From positions 24,565-88,564 of the forward strand of contig CAVQVY010000038.1 of the NCBI GenBank assembly GCA_963717185.1: a DNA stretch of 64,000 nucleotides, in the 5' to 3' direction. The notes below the pieces were generated by a model. It did not search any database and was not told the DNA's origin. It saw only the letters and a list, made by a program, of their open reading frames with translations. The position numbers and the translations under genes were made by a program. Each line of letters begins with the position of its first letter. The first letter of the stretch is position 1. This stretch comes from Candidatus Dormiibacterota bacterium (GTDB lineage Bacteria; Chloroflexota; Dormibacteria; Aeolococcales; Aeolococcaceae). Shown here piece by piece: positions 10,152 to 19,788 of the stretch.

Positions 10152-10407
10152 AAAGGATGGGTTGCAAATCCGCGACCAGCTTGAAGAGTAGGTCTGCGGC
10201 CATTTCTTCGTAGCCAGGCGGACGATCGATATTCGCGGTGCGCCCGTCAGGCTGCAAATCGACTCGTTCGGACTGTCACAAAATGTCCTGCCCCTCGGTC
10301 TTAAAGGTAAGGCGGTTTCCGTGGAGGCCCTGCTCGTGGAGTGGATGATTTTTAGGAGTTTTTGATCGAAAACGCGTTTTTGGGCATAGGTTGGGAGTGG
10401 TGAGACA

Positions 10408-11352
10408 ATGCGGAAGAAGGCTGATATCGGTGCTTCGGGCGGAGTACAGCCACGCGATGCAAAGGTTCCGATCCGACTGGCGACCTTCGATCAGTATCAG
10501 AGCCTGCTCTTCTCAGTTGCTTACCGCATGTTGGGAAGTATTGCCAATGCTGAGGACATGTTGCAGGAAACCTTTATCCGCTGGCAGCAGGCCGATAATG
10601 AGGAGATTCGATCGCCGAGGGCCTTCCTGGTCACCATCATCAGCCGTCTGTGCATCAACCATCTCCAGTCCGCACGTGTGCAGCGTGAGGAGTACGTGGG
10701 CCAGTGGTTGCCCGAACCGATCGTGACTGCTTCGGGCAGCGATCCGCTGGGAATCATAAAGGTCGATGAATCTCTCTCCATGGCGTTTCTTGTCATGCTG
10801 GAACGCCTGACGCCGGTTGAACGGGCGGTGTTCCTTCTCCGTGAGATCTTTGAGTACGAGTATTCTGAGATTGCCGTCGTCCTCGGTCAGCGTGAAGCCA
10901 ATTGCCGTCAGATTCTGCGACGAGCGCGTCAGCACGTCAGCGCCAGGCGTCCACGCTTCAAAGCATCGGCGCGGAAGCAAAATGACCTGCTTCAGCGGTT
11001 TCTCCACGCGATACGTAGCGGTGATTTGAGTGAACTGGTTGCCGTGCTCTCCGGTGATGTCGTGCTGCACTCCGATGGCGGCGGAAAGGCCATTGCTCTG
11101 CCGAATCTGATCCATGGTGCCGACAACGTCGCCCGCGCGATGTTGAGTGGCCTTAGAAAGATCGTGCCCCAGAACCTGGTGCGCCGCACGGCGCAGATCA
11201 ACGGGGAGCCTGGCGTGGTTAGTTATCTCAACGGAAAGCCGCACTCCGTCTTGACACTGGAGGCGATCAAGGGACGCATTCGGGCAATTTACATTCTGAC
11301 GAACCCTGACAAACTCTCTCACGTGCCTCAGCTGCCTGCAGATCCAAGTTAG
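10408..11352 (+). CDS. ECF sigma factor with NTF2-like C-terminal extension (SigJ/ECF41-like)
   Basis: 314 aa. Region 2 reads LLFSVAYRMLGSIANAEDMLQETFIRWQQ and region 4 reads ERAVFLLREIFEYEYSEIAVVLGQREANCRQILRRARQHV. The long C-terminal extension ends in IRAIYILTNPDKL. No anti-sigma gene is adjacent. Confidence 0.85.
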   Translation: MRKKADIGASGGVQPRDAKVPIRLATFDQYQSLLFSVAYRMLGSIANAEDMLQETFIRWQQADNEEIRSPRAFLVTIISRLCINHLQSARVQREEYVGQWLPEPIVTASGSDPLGIIKVDESLSMAFLVMLERLTPVERAVFLLREIFEYEYSEIAVVLGQREANCRQILRRARQHVSARRPRFKASARKQNDLLQRFLHAIRSGDLSELVAVLSGDVVLHSDGGGKAIALPNLIHGADNVARAMLSGLRKIVPQNLVRRTAQINGEPGVVSYLNGKPHSVLTLEAIKGRIRAIYILTNPDKLSHVPQLPADPS

Positions 11353-11661
11353 ACAGCCCTGTCACAGTCGTGTGGATGGAAGCCAAAACCATGGTGAGGC
11401 GAGTTAAGGCTCCCCTACGAATCTTCGTGCTAGGGGCTGTCGCCGACACGGGCCGAGCGAGTTTACTGAGACAGTTCAAATCACGCTGTCGAGATGGCGT
11501 TCAAAAGGCTTGAAGCAGAGGAGGTATAGCGTATGCAGCAGTTCCATCCAAACTCGGTCCGATTAACGGTGGGATAGGGAGCATGGCGATAGCAGCGCTC
11601 TTTCTGGAGCGTACCATGCTGGCTGGCTATCCATATATCGGTTGGCCTCCGGTCATCATCG

Positions 11662-12199
11662 TTGGCGGTTCGGGAAGCGCTGCCTTCTTGTTGGAGCCTG
11701 ACCTATCTGCCGTCCTTTGTCGCCAGATGTGTCTTGCCCGCGTTTCTGCTCACCGTCGCTGGACTCCAGGCCCACATGATTCAGGAATACCTTACCGGTT
11801 TTGCGCCAGCGATGAGCCGTCTCTTCAACATCAGTTGGACCGAGCGCTCCTTCCTTATGATCTTTGTCTTCAGCTGGGTTCCCCGTGCTATTATAGCCTG
11901 ACGGCTCTTGGGCTTTTCCGGCCAATTCCGCTCTGGCCGGCTTTCTCATGTGTTTCGTCCTGATCGGTCCGGTGTCGCGGAGTTCGTTCACTTCATATTC
12001 CCAGCCCTTCAGCCGGACGTACAGCCCACCGTTCCCGCTTCAGTTCAGGCCGTCGTCGGGCGCGGCCAACTCATGCAGAACCTGCCAAACTCTGGATGCA
12101 CGTACAGGACGTTACTACTTTCCGGGCATGTACACGGCAATTCCGCCCATGATTCCCGGCGTGTACGGCATTTTCAACTGTAGTTCGCGCGGCGCGTAG
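11662..12199 (+). pseudogene. Possible HXXEE-domain-like membrane protein broken by several frameshifts
   Basis: Hydrophobic pieces lie in three frames: LLTVAGLQAHMIQEYLTGF, then VAEFVHFIFPALQ, then YYFPGMYTAIPPMIPGVYGIF. Recognition is weak. Confidence 0.3.
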
Positions 12200-12280
12200 C
12201 GAAAACCGTTAAACGTTACTGACTCCGCAGCAGAGGACGAAGAAGCCGGTGACAAATATTCGAAGGGAGATTAAGTTGTG

Positions 12281-12908
12281 ATGAAACTGCTGATGCGAGG
12301 TGCCACCGGGGGCATTGGTCTAGAAATCGTCAGACAGGCGATTGAACACGGTCATCAGGTGACCGCATTTGTTCGCACGCAAGAGCGTCTGCAAGGAATA
12401 CGTTCACCGCATCGCGGTCATTCAAGGAGATGTGCTGAACAGTGCGGAGCTAGAGCGGGCACTCCAAGGTCAAGACGCTGTCTTATCAAGTTTCGGCGCT
12501 CGGGAACCCATATTCCAGGTCGACGCCGACCTTCTACGACGCTTTGCTGTCGCGCTGACGAGCGCAATGCTGCACGCCAAAATTCGGCGAGTGGTAGTCG
12601 TGTCCGTTGCGTTCCTGTTCAAGGACTCAATCCTCCCTCCGGCGTACCTTTTCGGCCGGTTGTTCTTCCGGGACACGGTTATCGATGCGTCTGGGATGGA
12701 GGATGTTTTCCGGAAGAGCGAACTTGACTGGACAATCGTGCGCCCACCCCAACTTACAGACAAGCCCGGCACGGGAAAATATCGAGTGCGAGAGGGCCAC
12801 CTCCCCCGTTTCGGTTTCACTATTTCGCGCGCGGATGTGGCCGAGTGTTTCATCAAGACCGTCAAAGATCGTGCGTCCGTCAGAAAGATCTTGGGGGTTA
12901 GCAATTGA
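12281..12908 (+). pseudogene. NAD(P)H-binding atypical SDR (flavin-reductase/NmrA-like), single frameshift
   Basis: MKLLMRGATGGIGLEIVRQAIEHGHQVTAFVRTQERLQ is in one frame. It continues as EYVHRIAVIQGDVLNSAELERAL...WTIVRPPQLTDKPGTGKYRV in the next frame. There is a 1-nt indel at about 12392-12400. Confidence 0.7.
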
Positions 12909-13033
12909 GATCAAGCCAGGTGCAGGAGTCCCTGACGCTCGTCCCTGAAGGAGCTACCACGAGCACCCGCTTCGCATAGGCTTCTGCCGAGGATTCGCTT
13001 GATCAGGACACGCGACCAGGCAAGCTCAGTTCT

Positions 13034-13195
13034 TATGACGTTGTCATCCTGGGTGCCGGCTACGCCGGGCTCATAGCCGCGCTGCGGCTTGGTCGAAAAA
13101 AATGGCGATTGCGCATGGCCCTCGTAAATGCTCGCGCCCGGTTCCTGGAACGAGTGAGGCTGGAAGAGAGCATCGTGGCCCCGGTCACCCCGCCG
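13034..13195 (+). pseudogene. FAD/NAD(P)-binding oxidoreductase (NDH-2-like), N-terminal remnant
   Basis: YDVVILGAGYAGLIAALRLGRKK...MALVNARARFLERVRLEE contains a GxGxxG dinucleotide-binding motif. Homology is lost after about 55 aa. Confidence 0.45.
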
Positions 13196-13254
13196 TGGCA
13201 CAAAACCTGGAACGGCCTGGTAGGAGTACGATTGATGCTCGCACCACGCAGCAC

Positions 13255-13345
13255 CCCCGGATATGCCATCAGCCTTGAAGAGTGCTTCGGATGGCTGAAG
13301 TCGATCGCCCTGTTGCGAAAGGTTCGGCATCGTGGAGTCTTCAAG
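13255..13345 (+). mobile_element. IS5-family (DDE) transposase C-terminal remnant
   Basis: LEECFGWLKSIALLRKVRHRGVFKVG matches the conserved C-terminal FGW.K......RK.R.RG motif of IS5-family transposases. It is fused in frame to the oxidoreductase remnant. Confidence 0.45.
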
Positions 13346-13366
13346 GTGGGATGTCGATCAGGATAC

Positions 13367-14290
13367 CTATCTCGGTGCTGGTCGCGAAGAGACGACGGTG
13401 ACCGACGCCGCTGCCAGAATCACCCAAGGGCAATGCGCGTAGTCTCTAATGCGCTTGATCTGCTGGCCGTCCACATCTAGGCGCACAACGGAATACGGAG
13501 TCCACGTGTCCGTGCCGCGCTGCAGTATCATGACCACGGGCTCGCCGTCCACCTCGCCCACTGCGAGTTTCCAAGGCATCGACCATCGCTCGTAATTGCT
13601 GAAGTAAGGAGCATCTGCCAGCTTCCCCGCAAATGCTTCGGCCACGGTGAGGCGAGCATCGGCGCTGATCAATTCACGCACGCCGTCCCAGTCGCGATGG
13701 TTGAAGCGGTCTACGTACAGTTGCATGATCCTGGTCAATTCGGGGTCAACCTTTCGCGATGACCGTGCCGGGCCTGGAGATGCGGCTAATTTGGCTCTGC
13801 CGCGATTAAGGGCGGCCTTGACGCCGCCTACCGTAGAATCGACAAATTCGGCGATCTCCTCCAAAGAGTAGTCGAACACGTCCTTCAAGAGAACACATGC
13901 GCGCTCCTTGGGAGGCAGACTGCTCACCAGATGCTCAACGGCACGCCCAAGGCCGAGTGCCGGCGGATCGACCGGTTTCACCCCGTCCGGGACAATTGCC
14001 CCGGTTTCGGCCTCCACTCGAACCCCGCGTTTCCTCAACAAATCGATGCAGCGATTGTGGGCGATGCGGAACAGCCACGGCTTGAGAGGCCGGCTGTCGT
14101 CAAATTTGTCGAGCTTTCGATAAGCCTCGAACAGAGCCTCTTGTACGACATCTTCGCCGTCCATCACCGAGCCCGTCATGCGGGCGCAGTAGCGGTGCAG
14201 GCTCGGACGAAGCTGCGTTACCGTCTCCAGGAACGCCAGGTAGCGTGCTTCGAATGGACCGGACGGACCGGCATACTCTGTGCTGTTCAT
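13367..14290 (-). CDS. ECF sigma factor with SnoaL/NTF2-like C-terminal extension
   Basis: From the internal ATG (MNSTEYAGPSGPFEARYLAF...). Region 2 is GEDVVQEALFEAYRKLDKFDDSRPLKPWLFRIAHNRCIDLLRKR and region 4 is ERACVLLKDVFDYSLEEIAEFVDSTVGGVKAALNRGRAKL. The C-terminal part reads YVDRFNHRDWDGVRELISADARL. Confidence 0.8.
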   Translation of the reverse strand: MNSTEYAGPSGPFEARYLAFLETVTQLRPSLHRYCARMTGSVMDGEDVVQEALFEAYRKLDKFDDSRPLKPWLFRIAHNRCIDLLRKRGVRVEAETGAIVPDGVKPVDPPALGLGRAVEHLVSSLPPKERACVLLKDVFDYSLEEIAEFVDSTVGGVKAALNRGRAKLAASPGPARSSRKVDPELTRIMQLYVDRFNHRDWDGVRELISADARLTVAEAFAGKLADAPYFSNYERWSMPWKLAVGEVDGEPVVMILQRGTDTWTPYSVVRLDVDGQQIKRIRDYAHCPWVILAAASVTVVSSRPAPR

Positions 14291-14956
14291 GGGGCACCTT
14301 TCGTCTCCGAAACACGCTACCGAACAAGCTCTGACGCCATTATTTCGCCACGGTTTTGACGGCCAGCTTATCGTCAACTGGGATTACCACAACTGCGAGC
14401 GGCGTCCCCTCGTCGTCCGTGATCTGGGGAAGCGGCGCGCCGAATTGATTTCCGCCCAGCATCGAGTTGTCATACATAAGGTGCGAAAATCATTACCTGC
14501 GGGTGCGAGGCGCCGATTCCGGGAGCAAGATCCTGGTCGGCTGACCACATGTAGGCGAAGCTGACACTGCTTCTCTCTGGGGGCTGCCCTCCGGCATAGG
14601 CGGCCTGTACGCGCTCAGCGATCTCCTCTGGAAGCGGTGAGAAGCAACAGTACTCCGCGACGAGACAATGGTTAGAAGCTGCTTGCTGTGAATTGCCCCT
14701 TAACGTCTTATTAGCACGATATCGCCTTCATTGCATGTATGCCTCAACGTGCATTTTCCCAGTTACCAGGCTCGCGGTCCCTACGCTCCATATCTGCCGC
14801 TCATTGCCCGCTATGGAAACGGTGGCAGTGACCCGTGTGGCGCGATTTCTGTGCAGTTCTCGCTCCGATCGATTTTCGGAGCTGCAAGTTCATCTCTCAT
14901 GGCGTCTTTCATCGTTCCCTTCTTTGCTGCGCCGGCTGGGGTTCGAGATGTCGTGC

Positions 14957-15769
14957 TCATGAGCAACATCCTTTCTCTTCTGCCTCGCGCCTTCGGGCGG
15001 CCGCTCCTTGAGGGTCGGTTAGTATGTCGAGCCACTTCGGGTCAGGCGAGGCCTCGGCGTCGTAGTTGTCGTGCCAGTTCCACCATTTGTACGGCTGAGT
15101 CTGGGGATAGCCCTCGGGCGAATCCTCCCAAGTCTCCTGGCGGCCGAGCGGCGTGATGTCGAGGTAGCTCCAGGGGGTCCCCATCGCCTCGTCGCCGCGG
15201 TTGTTGATGAAGTAGGTGCGGAACACCCGCTCGCCGTCGCGGAAGAACACGTTGTGGCCATGCCACTCATTCACGCCGAAGTCGGTATCGAAGCCGTCTG
15301 TGATGGTGTACCAGGGCATCTCCCAGCCCATCCGCGCCTTCAGGCGCGCGATGTCCGCCTGCGGCGCGCGCGAGGCGTACGCGAGCGTGGTGTCGCGGAC
15401 GTTCAGATGGGCCAGGTGGGCGACCTGATCGGCGGCAATAGAGCAGCCGCGGCAGGCATGCTCGGGCCAGCCGAAGACGCCGGGCTCGAAGAAGGCGCGG
15501 TAGATGATCAATTGACGGCGGCCTTCGAACAAATCGAGCAGGCTTACCCTACCCTTGGGTCCGTCAAACTCGTATTTCTTGTCCACTGCCACCCATGGCA
15601 TCCGCCGGCGTTCGGCAGCCAGCGCGTCGCGGGAGCGCATCAACGCCTTCTCCTTGACGAGCATGTCCTGGCGCGCAGCCTCCCACTCCTGCTGCGACAC
15701 GATCGGGGGTGTCTTCATCGCGAGATTTGCTTTCCCGTGTTCCTTGCCTCTCTCCATGCTCGTTGCCAT
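14957..15769 (-). CDS. DUF899 thioredoxin-fold protein
   Basis: An AAGGAGA RBS precedes the ATG at 15769. QQEWEAARQDMLVKEKALMRSRDALAAERRRMPWV...FEGRRQLIIYRAFFEPGV...CRGCS is the characteristic DUF899 pattern. Confidence 0.8.
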   Translation of the reverse strand: MATSMERGKEHGKANLAMKTPPIVSQQEWEAARQDMLVKEKALMRSRDALAAERRRMPWVAVDKKYEFDGPKGRVSLLDLFEGRRQLIIYRAFFEPGVFGWPEHACRGCSIAADQVAHLAHLNVRDTTLAYASRAPQADIARLKARMGWEMPWYTITDGFDTDFGVNEWHGHNVFFRDGERVFRTYFINNRGDEAMGTPWSYLDITPLGRQETWEDSPEGYPQTQPYKWWNWHDNYDAEASPDPKWLDILTDPQGAAARRREAEEKGCCS

Positions 15770-16022
15770 CTTATTTCTCCTTTGTTTTTTGAAATAGACC
15801 GAGACCATTCGCTCTGAAAAATTTTCTGAACTTGCCGACGCACACCGCCAGAACTCCTCCCGTGGATCCGGCTCCGGCGACCATTGCTGCTGTGTTTGCG
15901 ATGCATACCGGGCACATATGTCCTCCTTTCAACTTCTAATTCTTCCGCTTGCATTTCGCTGAACTCAATTTCCCCTCAATTCGAAGAAGAATGAAACAGA
16001 CCCTGAGGCGCGCGGCATTCCC

Positions 16023-16370
16023 TCATTGTGTCTCGTGCGTTTCTGCCTGTGGCACGGCAGCTCTCACGTGCCTGCCGTGGCGCCTCGCCCAGCGGCACAT
16101 GCCTCCCAGCGGGACGATGATGGTCGTTCCGAGCTGGGTCAAGGAATACTCCACAGCAACGGCCCTCGATCCCGTCACGCGCCTCGCGATGAGTCCCGTG
16201 GATTCCAGATTGCGAAGAGTCCGGGTCAGCATCCGCTGGGAAACGCCTCCGAGGCGCCGGCGCAACTGCCCGTGCCGGTAAGGTCTCCGCCTCAGCGAAA
16301 ACAAAATCCTGGGCGTCCACCTGCCGATGAAGATCGCTGGGGCCATTCTCAATCCTGGGATCGTCCTCAT
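16023..16370 (-). CDS. HxlR-family transcriptional regulator
   Basis: The C-terminal 115 aa of the track ORF read IGRWTPRILFSLRRRPYRHGQLRRRLGGVSQRMLTRTLRNLESTGLIARRV...VEYSLTQLG. The upstream part of the 267-aa ORF looks non-coding. The start (16370 or 16346) is uncertain. Confidence 0.75.
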   Translation of the reverse strand: MRTIPGLRMAPAIFIGRWTPRILFSLRRRPYRHGQLRRRLGGVSQRMLTRTLRNLESTGLIARRVTGSRAVAVEYSLTQLGTTIIVPLGGMCRWARRHGRHVRAAVPQAETHETQ

Positions 16371-16714
16371 GATGTCCTGTCTCCCGTAGGAACATCTCGG
16401 TGAGACGACGTGCCCAATCTGCCCCGCGGCACCGTTTCGCGGCCGGCACTGTCCCACCTTGCCAGTCCATGTGCGCCCAACGCAATTAGGTACATCCATG
16501 TGCCCGGTCTGACGGCGCTCGCCTTGGCTGGCCCTTTCATCTGCTATTACGGCTCCGGGAGACGTTGGGATACGTACATCCAAAGAAAACGCCGGAACAA
16601 CACCCGGTTCGGATCTGATTTGAAAGCGCGTCCTCAGGCGTGCAGGAAATGGGTTTGTTGTGTTCCCCAGCCAGGCACTGAAATCGCGGTGAGCGTCTAT
16701 GATTAGCAGAGTGA

Positions 16715-16926
16715 AGACGGTCCAAAATTCTGCCCTTCTGCCCGGCAAATGCCGAACTTCGGATTGCCCGTGAACTGGATTGCGGCGGACATTCTTCGCA
16801 TCAAGGACGGGATGCCGGTCGAGCAACTGGAATGTGATTCAGGATGAGGCTACCAAGCAAGAATCGAAGAGCGGACTGCCCATGTTCGGCGACAACTTTA
16901 CTGAACGAATCAACGCTGCGGCGTAA
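16715..16926 (+). pseudogene. SnoaL-like (NTF2 family) protein, C-terminal remnant with frameshift
   Basis: WIAADILRIKDGMPVEQ is in one frame and WNVIQDEATKQESKSGLPMFGDNF in the next. The family signature is ...DGK.VEHWDVIQ. The indel lies at about 16821-16830. Confidence 0.4.
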
Positions 16927-17334
16927 AGGTTGGTTGATTATGCCCGAATAGAGCGCTCAAAGGCTGGCATGCTCAATTTCGGGAATGCAGAAACGTCCAT
17001 CAGGGTCAACTCGCGAGCCGTTTTTTTCTTTCTAGCCGATAAAGAGCTGTGGGCGTTCGTCGGTGCGATGGAGGAGTTGTTCGGCGCTGAGCAGAATTGA
17101 CAGTCAGCCGTCGACTGGATCGAGGAACTGGAATTGATGGATTGGCCGGCCCGGATGGACTGTCAATTCGGATGGATGCAGGGTCTGCGGAACTTATTGG
17201 GACAGTTTGTTGTGCGGAGGCTTGATTTGAACCAACGCTCCTTTGGTTTCGCCTGCTGGCCGAATGCCAATCCACTCATTTGCCCCGAGAATTTCCTCCG
17301 CGAAAATCTTGAGCCTCTACCTAACGACGCAAAA

Positions 17335-17430
17335 GACTCGATATCCACTCGGATGCACGACAAAGCGAAGGGATCCCCCAAGTTTCGCTTCCATGCTTTG
17401 TACGACAGGGTGTACCGAGAAGACGTGTTC
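17335..17430 (+). mobile_element. Group II intron reverse transcriptase/maturase, N-terminal about 30-aa fragment
   Basis: MHDKAKGSPKFRFHALYDRVYREDV matches the conserved N-terminus of many bacterial group II intron IEPs (...AKAK..P.YRFYALYDKVYR.DVL). Homology ends at about 17430. I recognised no ribozyme domains. Confidence 0.45.
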
Positions 17431-17584
17431 GATGAGCGGGGTGTGAAGACGGAAGCACGGTCCAGCTATTGAGGCACCGACAGACGAAAGGGTCGGCCAC
17501 GGATAGGCTGCACCTAAACCACCGCGTCATACCTCGCAACGCGAACCGGTCGATTGTCGCGACTATTCGCCTGAGAAGCGGTGC

Positions 17585-18085
17585 TCAACGCGCCGCCGAT
17601 TTGGTGTCCACGTATTTCCGCGCCTCGGCGGACGTTGCCCACTCCCCAGCCACCTGTCGTGTCGGAACGTTCAGCCGGTTGAATACATTGATCAAAGCAA
17701 TTTGAACGATCAATGCCGCCAGCGCCGGTTCCTCATAGTGCCGGGCCGCTTCGTTCCAGATTTCGTCGGGCACCGGATCTGGCTTGTCGCTCAACCTCGT
17801 GACCGCCTCCGTCAGGGCCAGAGCCGCACGTTCGGCGTCGGTGAAATAGGGCGCGTCCCCCCACGCGGCAACCGCAAAGAGCCGCTCGTCGGTTTCGTTC
17901 GACTTCTTCAGCTCGCGGGCGTGCATGTCGACGCAAACGCTGCAACCATTGATCTGGCTCGCGCGTAAGTGCACCAGCTTCCGCGTGGTATAGGGCAAGT
18001 TGTTCTCTGCGGCCTTGTTAAGCGCGAGCAGCGCCGGCAAGGCGTCGGGAAGAAGCATAATGGGGTTTTTCATTCGGGCTTGCAT
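17585..18085 (-). CDS. Carboxymuconolactone decarboxylase (AhpD-like) family protein
   Basis: LVHLRASQINGCSVCVDMHARELKK...AWGDAPYFTDAERAALALTEAVT carries the CxxC-containing CMD signature. An AGGAGG RBS precedes the second ATG. Confidence 0.8.
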   Translation of the reverse strand: MQARMKNPIMLLPDALPALLALNKAAENNLPYTTRKLVHLRASQINGCSVCVDMHARELKKSNETDERLFAVAAWGDAPYFTDAERAALALTEAVTRLSDKPDPVPDEIWNEAARHYEEPALAALIVQIALINVFNRLNVPTRQVAGEWATSAEARKYVDTKSAAR

Positions 18086-18160
18086 CATCCACCTCCTGGT
18101 CACATAAACTGGGTTTCAACCGTCACTACCATGACGAAACGAAACGGCAAGATGTGACCG

Positions 18161-19045
18161 ATGACGGAGAAAAAGTTTCTGGCCGAACAGTTTGAAGCAA
18201 ACCGCGGCCGCTTACGCGGAGTGGCTTATCGCGTGCTCGGCTCATTGAATGAGGCCGATGATGCCGTCCAGGAAGCCTGGCTTCGGCTCGACCGCACAGG
18301 CTCGGAGGGAATCGAGAATTTAAGTGGATGGCTAACCACAGTTGTCGCACGCGTCTGCCTCGACATGCTGCGCTCGCGCACCTCCCGGCACGAAGAATCG
18401 CTTGATGCGCAGGCAGCGGCACCGAACGCTCGACCGGCGAGCGCAACCGATCCTGAGCAGGAAACCCTTCTTGCCGAGTCGGTGGGTCTGGCGCTTCTCG
18501 TCGTGCTTGAAACGCTCGAACCCGCCGAGCGTCTAGCCTTCGTTCTGCACGATACCTTTGCTGTCCCTTTTGAGGAGATTGCCGCCATTCTCGGACGGTC
18601 TCCGGAGGCGGCCCGGCAGCTAGCCAGCCGAGCCCGACGGCGCGTGCAGGGAGCCGACAGGACGGCTGCGCCAGATCTCAAACAGCAGAAAGAAGTGATC
18701 GACGCCTTTCTCGCAGCCCTGCGTGCCGGCGATTTCGAGGCGCTCGTGGTGCTGCTCGATCCCGATGTCGTCGTTCGTGCCGACGCGACCGCCGCCGTAG
18801 GCGGAGCAGCGCGGGAAGTTCAAGGCGCGGAAGCCTGGGCCAGGCAAGCGATTACCTTTTCGCGCGGCGCCCGCTTTGCGCAGACAGCCCTCATCGATGG
18901 CTCAGTGGGCGTTGTGATCGCGCCGCGCGGCCATCTCTTCCGAGTGCTGCGTTTCACGTTGAAGAACGGGAAGATCCTCGAAGTCGAGGTCGTAGGCGAC
19001 GGCGATCGGCTGCGGCAGCTCGACTTGGCCGTGCTGAGCAAGTGA
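18161..19045 (+). CDS. ECF sigma factor with C-terminal extension (ECF41-like), divergent from the CMD gene
   Basis: The N-terminal part is FEANRGRLRGVAYRVLGSLNEADDAVQEAWLRL and region 4 is ERLAFVLHDTFAVPFEEIAAILGRSPEAARQLASRARRRV. The C-terminal extension ends in NGKILEVEVVGDGDRLRQLDL. Confidence 0.85.
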   Translation: MTEKKFLAEQFEANRGRLRGVAYRVLGSLNEADDAVQEAWLRLDRTGSEGIENLSGWLTTVVARVCLDMLRSRTSRHEESLDAQAAAPNARPASATDPEQETLLAESVGLALLVVLETLEPAERLAFVLHDTFAVPFEEIAAILGRSPEAARQLASRARRRVQGADRTAAPDLKQQKEVIDAFLAALRAGDFEALVVLLDPDVVVRADATAAVGGAAREVQGAEAWARQAITFSRGARFAQTALIDGSVGVVIAPRGHLFRVLRFTLKNGKILEVEVVGDGDRLRQLDLAVLSK

Positions 19046-19179
19046 AGTCTCGGTGGGCTGGCCGGACGGTTGTGCCGAGCACATGGGACCGGCGACGTAT
19101 CTTCTAAAGGCAACGATTGTGAGGAAAGGAGTGCGGCCCACTAGTCGGCGGTCCTCAACGATCGTCCACGGACGCAGAA

Positions 19180-19671
19180 TCAAATTGCCCGTCGTGATCT
19201 CGTGAGGAGCCCGAAGGTAAGAAAGTGAGTGACGAGCAGCGGCGGAACGAGTGCCGTCGGAAGGTAGAACGCGGCTCCGAGTGTTTCGGGCCGTATCCCG
19301 ACATGCGGTCCTTGGTAAAACGCAAACAGTAGATCGGCCGCACCCCAAACGCTGAACACCCAAACAGCCACCATCGCCCACGATGCACGTCTCGCCAAGC
19401 CTATGGTGGCGATCACGGCTAACACTCCCGCGACGAAATCGCCGTACGCAGCGGGGACAGCAAATCGAGCGGGCAGCGCAGGTGACACCACGCCCACTAC
19501 GAGAAAGCTCAGACCAACGAAGCGAAGAAACATGTGAGGCACTACGAGCGAAACGAGCGCCTTGTACCGATCTCTGTCCCGCAGCCAAGGCCACACGTAG
19601 AACTTGGCAATCACCGCCGAACTCAAAAGGCTCATCACCACGCTCATCCCAAATATTGCTCGAACATCCAT
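19180..19671 (-). CDS. Hypothetical integral membrane protein (about 4 TM)
   Basis: A GAGGAGA RBS precedes the ATG at 19671 (MDVRAIFGMSVVMSLL...). It has four hydrophobic spans. It lies downstream of the NmrA-like gene on the same strand. Confidence 0.5.
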   Translation of the reverse strand: MDVRAIFGMSVVMSLLSSAVIAKFYVWPWLRDRDRYKALVSLVVPHMFLRFVGLSFLVVGVVSPALPARFAVPAAYGDFVAGVLAVIATIGLARRASWAMVAVWVFSVWGAADLLFAFYQGPHVGIRPETLGAAFYLPTALVPPLLVTHFLTFGLLTRSRRAI

Positions 19672-19788
19672 AGCTCGTCTCCTCAATGCCTGCTACCCAC
19701 TTGGCCTCTGCCTTCTTCCTTTAGATGGTGTTAGCTGAGAGCACCTGGCGGCAGCACAACGAAGCTCGCCAGGCCGGGAATCCTGCGG

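Noticed and set aside
16371-16826. The N-terminal 150 aa of the 267-aa ORF containing the HxlR regulator
   Set aside because: Only the last about 115 aa match the HxlR family, which is normally 110-130 aa. The upstream part is Arg/Pro-rich and overlaps the SnoaL-like remnant on the other strand.
17100-17472. Complete group II intron or retron
   Set aside because: Only about 30 aa of the reverse-transcriptase N-terminus are recognisable. There are no RT domains 1-7 and no convincing ribozyme domains, and the distance from any GUGCG to the ORF is far too short.
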